Source: Gammaproteobacteria bacterium (GTDB lineage: Bacteria; Pseudomonadota; Gammaproteobacteria; Eutrophobiales; Eutrophobiaceae). From it: 64,000 bases of DNA. The notes under the pieces are model-generated. The model did no database searches. It was not told the origin of the DNA and worked only from the letters and a program-made list of their open reading frames with translations. Positions 60,522 to 64,000 of the stretch are shown one piece after another; the first letter of the stretch is position 1; each line of letters opens with the position of its first letter. The stretch spans positions 896,001 to 960,000 of the forward strand of contig OZ244905.1 in the NCBI GenBank assembly GCA_965221695.1, read 5' to 3'. The position numbers and the translations under genes were made by a program.

Positions 60522-61669
60522 AGTTCTAGCGCGTCGGAACAGCCCTGTCCATCAACCAGCTCCAACACAGCGCGCGCAGCGTTGGTTTCGGCTATCCGCA
60601 AGGACTCATGGAGATCAGTGAAACAGCGGGATAATGCGCGCGCTTCATGTGGTTGTTCCAGCCAGAATTGCAGCGCCGGGCCCAGAACTTCCGCCCGGCA
60701 TTCCGACTGAAAATACTCAGGCACAAGCTTCCGCCCTGCCAACAGGTTGGGCAACGACACCCATGCCACATTGAGCAATGCGCGCACGATCCAATAGCTG
60801 AGACTATGCATCCGATAAGCGACAACCATGGGTGTTTTGTAAAGCATCGCCTCAAGGGTAACAGTGCCTGAAGCGACCAGCGCAACGCTGGCTGCCGCCA
60901 AGGTATCCGCAATTCTGTGTTTGACTATTTGCAAAGGCAAAGCCCTGCTTTCGGCTGCCGCGCGTAACTGTTCCGCTGCGCGGTCATCGACCGCGTTGGC
61001 AATAAACCTGAGCCTATCATGGCGCGCAGCCAGCCAGGCAGCCGTGTCGAGAAAAGGACCTGTCAGTTTCTCCAATTCCGCGTGCCGGCTGCCAGGCAGA
61101 ATGGCAACCGTCAAACTGTCTGAAGGCAGGCCAAGACGCTGGCGGGCGCCTTCGACATCTTTTTCAATATCCACTTGTTCCGCCAGCGGGTGCCCCACGT
61201 ACCTGGCAGAGACCTTGCGACGGCGTAAAAACTCCGCTTCAAACGGAAAGACACATAATACAAGCTGCGCGGCCCGCCTGATTTTGCGTATCCGCCAAGA
61301 ACGCCAGGCCCACACCGTGGGGCAGACATAGTGGATAGTTTTTATCCCGTTGTTGCGTAGTTTCCGCTCAAGGTCAAGATTGAAGTCAGGAGAGTCCACA
61401 CCGATAAACACATCCGGCCGGTATTCGATGAAGCGTTGCGCCAGCATTGCGCGCGCTTTGAGCAACTGTGGCGCCTTCCCCAATACCTCCACCACCCCCA
61501 TCACCGCCAGTTTTTCCATTGGAAACAGGATATCACAACCCGCTTGGCGTAGATTTGCCCCTCCCACTCCTGCCACCTTGAGGTCCGGCCGGCGCTGTCT
61601 TATATCTTTGATCAGTTGCGCGGCCAGAAAGTCTCCTGAAGGTTCGCCCGCTACAATTCCGATTTTCAT
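60509..61669 (-). CDS. lpxB: Lipid-A-disaccharide synthase
   Basis: AGEPSGD, DSPDFN, LPGSR. Confidence 0.96.
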   Translation of the reverse strand: MKIGIVAGEPSGDFLAAQLIKDIRQRRPDLKVAGVGGANLRQAGCDILFPMEKLAVMGVVEVLGKAPQLLKARAMLAQRFIEYRPDVFIGVDSPDFNLDLERKLRNNGIKTIHYVCPTVWAWRSWRIRKIRRAAQLVLCVFPFEAEFLRRRKVSARYVGHPLAEQVDIEKDVEGARQRLGLPSDSLTVAILPGSRHAELEKLTGPFLDTAAWLAARHDRLRFIANAVDDRAAEQLRAAAESRALPLQIVKHRIADTLAAASVALVASGTVTLEAMLYKTPMVVAYRMHSLSYWIVRALLNVAWVSLPNLLAGRKLVPEYFQSECRAEVLGPALQFWLEQPHEARALSRCFTDLHESLRIAETNAARAVLELVDGQGCSDALELCSG

Positions 61670-61681
61670 AACAGCCTGATG

Positions 61682-62455
61682 TCAACGGACAATTCCGCGT
61701 TCGGACTGCCTGATAAACCGGGTGAAAATTCCAACCTCGCGGTCTTCCATGGCAAGGTCGTCAAGTTTTTTCAGGGCATTTTTAAGAAGCAGCCCTTCAC
61801 GATAGACAATGCGATATGCCTTCTTCAGCGCTTCAACCGAATTGTCGGGAAATCCATGGCGTTTGAGACCCACCCGGTTAAGACCGCTGGGTTTTGCGCT
61901 ATTGCCGGATACCATCAGGTAAGGCGGAACATCTTTCAAGATGATAGAACCGATAGCGGAAATACTGTGGCGCCCGACCCGGCAAAACTGATGCACGCCG
62001 GTAAACCCGCCCAGAATCGCATAATCTTCAATCTGCGCATGACCGGCAAGGGTGGCGTGATTGGCGAAGACTGTGTTGTTTCCCACCTGGCAATCATGGG
62101 CAATATGCGTATACGCCATAATCCAGTTGTTGTTGCCCACATGAGTTACGCCTCCGCCCAGCGCAGTCCCGCGATTGATACTGCAGAACTCTCTGATGAC
62201 GTTATTAGAGCCTATCTCCAGGAAGGATTCGGTTTCACCCTGATACTTCTTGTCCTGGGGATCTTCGCCTAAGGACGAAAACTGCGATATCCTGGTTGCT
62301 TCTCCTATCCGGGTTGGCCCTTTGACCACCACATGCGGTCCGATAACACAATCGTCCGCAATCCTGACCCGATCCGCTATCACGCTATATGCGCCGATAC
62401 TGACCCCACTCCCAATCTCTGCGCCGGAGTGTATTTTCGCAGTGGGGTCGATCAA
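61682..62455 (-). CDS. lpxA: UDP-N-acetylglucosamine acyltransferase
   Basis: Hexapeptide repeats, PQDKKY, HIAHDC. Confidence 0.96.
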   Translation of the reverse strand: MIDPTAKIHSGAEIGSGVSIGAYSVIADRVRIADDCVIGPHVVVKGPTRIGEATRISQFSSLGEDPQDKKYQGETESFLEIGSNNVIREFCSINRGTALGGGVTHVGNNNWIMAYTHIAHDCQVGNNTVFANHATLAGHAQIEDYAILGGFTGVHQFCRVGRHSISAIGSIILKDVPPYLMVSGNSAKPSGLNRVGLKRHGFPDNSVEALKKAYRIVYREGLLLKNALKKLDDLAMEDREVGIFTRFIRQSERGIVR

Positions 62456-62901
62456 GTCTCCCGGTCCGAAATAGTAGTCAATAGGTCCGAGTCAGCCACG
62501 ACTACGCCATCAACCTTCGCAACACAGGAAAAGCGCCAGATATTCCTTCGCAAAGCAACGAATCTCACTTCGATCGTCAGTTGATCCCCTGGGCCGACGG
62601 TCTTTCTGAACCTGGCCTTGTCAACGCCTACCAGGTAATACAACTTGTTCCAGTGCTCGCTCCCCTGTTCCGACAACAGACCCAGAACCGCGGAAGCCTG
62701 CGCCATAGCTTCGATAATAAACACTCCCGGCATAATTGGATGCTGGGGGAAATGGCCCTGGAAAAACGGCTCGTTGGCAGTAACGTTCTTGACCGCGGTC
62801 AGGAATACACCAGACTCGTAATCCGTTACCTTATCCAGCAACAACATGGGATAGCGGTGCGGCAGCGCCTGTTTTATCTGATCAATATCCAGTTCCGGCA
62901 T
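62452..62901 (-). CDS. fabZ: 3-hydroxyacyl-ACP dehydratase
   Basis: LPHRYP, FQGHFP..PIMPGV..IEAMAQ. Confidence 0.96.
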   Translation of the reverse strand: MPELDIDQIKQALPHRYPMLLLDKVTDYESGVFLTAVKNVTANEPFFQGHFPQHPIMPGVFIIEAMAQASAVLGLLSEQGSEHWNKLYYLVGVDKARFRKTVGPGDQLTIEVRFVALRRNIWRFSCVAKVDGVVVADSDLLTTISDRET

Positions 62902-62961
62902 TATCAAATAGCCTCATAAAGATTGGCCACAAGAGGAACAGAAAATAGCGTTCTCTGTTGC

Positions 62962-62997
62962 TTAAGGAAACTCTGATTAAGTCAGAGCTTCCCTTAA
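62962..62997. repeat. Mini (36 bp) MITE
   Basis: ttaaggaaactctga-ttaag-tcagagcttcccttaa. Confidence 0.8.
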
Positions 62998-63023
62998 TAT
63001 CTCTGTGCCCTGGGGTTTATCGT

Positions 63024-63998
63024 TCATTGTACCAGTTTCTCCAATGCAGACACTTTTCTCGCCAGTTTGTCCAGGCGCCTGAACCTGACCGTGTTTTTAC
63101 GCCAGGTCAGATTGTCCGTTACGGGCGCGCCCGAAGAGTAAACGCCCGCCTCCGTGATGCTGTTTGATACGCCTGACATGCCGGTTATGACGACATCATC
63201 GACAATCGTAATATGGCCGTTAATGGCGCTGCCGCCACCGATCATGCAGCGGCGACCAATGATGGCGCTGCCGGCTACCACTGCCGCCCCAGCAATGGCA
63301 GTGTGTTCTCCAACCCGGACATTATGACCTATCTGCACCTGGTTATCGATTTTCACGCCGGCTTCTATTATGGTGTTTTCAATAGCGCCTCTGTCAATAG
63401 TCGTGTTGGCGCCTATTTCAACATCGTCTCCGATGATAACGCCGCCCAGTTGCGGAATTTTCTGCCAGCGGCCGGAATCATTGGCGATCCCATAACCATC
63501 CGCTCCGATAACGACACCAGGATGGACCAAGACCCGTGCGCCGATTTCGACACGCTCCATGATGGTCACACACGCGTGTATATGGCAGTGGCTGCCGATT
63601 CTGACACCCGCCTCGAGCACGCAGCCAGGGCCAATCCAGACGCCCGGGCCAATGACGGCATTGCGACCAATCACAGAATTGGCGCCGATAAAACAATCCG
63701 CTGCGATATCCGCATTGGCTTCAATGACCGCAGTCTGGTGAATGCTCGGGGTGAATGCCGGCACAGGATTCAGAAACCTGGCCGCTTTAGCGTAACCGAG
63801 GGAAGGATTGTCTGTGATCAAACTCGCAGTGGGACAGCCAGCCGCATCTTCGGCTGCCAGTATCACTGCGCTGGCGCGGGTCGTTTTCAGGTCAGCGCGA
63901 TAGCGTTTGTTGGCATAGAATGTCAAGTCGCCAGGCGCAGCATTGCGCAAGCTGGCAACATTGGTTATCTCGTTGGCAGGATTGCCCCGCAGTTCTGC
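63024..63998 (-). CDS. lpxD: UDP-3-O-acyl-glucosamine N-acyltransferase (5' end outside window)
   Basis: KIPQLGGV, TTIDRG, KIDNQVQIGHNV. Confidence 0.96.
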   Translation of the reverse strand, partial: AELRGNPANEITNVASLRNAAPGDLTFYANKRYRADLKTTRASAVILAAEDAAGCPTASLITDNPSLGYAKAARFLNPVPAFTPSIHQTAVIEANADIAADCFIGANSVIGRNAVIGPGVWIGPGCVLEAGVRIGSHCHIHACVTIMERVEIGARVLVHPGVVIGADGYGIANDSGRWQKIPQLGGVIIGDDVEIGANTTIDRGAIENTIIEAGVKIDNQVQIGHNVRVGEHTAIAGAAVVAGSAIIGRRCMIGGGSAINGHITIVDDVVITGMSGVSNSITEAGVYSSGAPVTDNLTWRKNTVRFRRLDKLARKVSALEKLVQ

Positions 63999-64000
63999 GT

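Overview
Chromosomal window from a GC-rich gammaproteobacterium. Most of it is core metabolism: the end of a paa cluster, aceEF, argG, hom-thrC-recJ-prfB-lysS, tldD, aroC/prmB, aceA, dapE, a cbb3 oxidase cluster (ccoNOQP-GH, ccoIS) and lpxD-fabZ-lpxA-lpxB-rnhB-dnaE-accA-tilS. Accessory content includes an EGKCG-repeat RiPP cluster (HvfA-like precursor, DUF692 MNIO, DUF2063) with a sigmaE-type promoter, two PIN toxin-antitoxin pairs directly upstream of biosynthetic genes, a standalone soxCD-like pair, and a Fur-boxed iron-uptake block with an unannotated hemP. Two things are not explained by the gene list. (1) The 43-54 kb region looks like an integrase-free cassette stack, with blocks separated by leftover in-frame copies of the 3' ends of neighbouring genes (41, 62 and 233 bp, plus a hemP fragment). 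(2) A dense, nested set of non-coding repeats: a TTAA-flanked Correia-like MITE in 159, ~90 and ~36 bp size classes carrying an IHF-consensus site, dRS3-like ATTCCC-N8-GGGAAT modules with a 124-bp period, and an ACAGGAT/TTAACATGG family next to which the MITE repeatedly sits. These repeats supply stop codons or terminal residues to several core genes. I recognised no tRNA, rRNA, CRISPR array, transposase or integrase. All calls come from reading the sequence and translations; no database searches were run.
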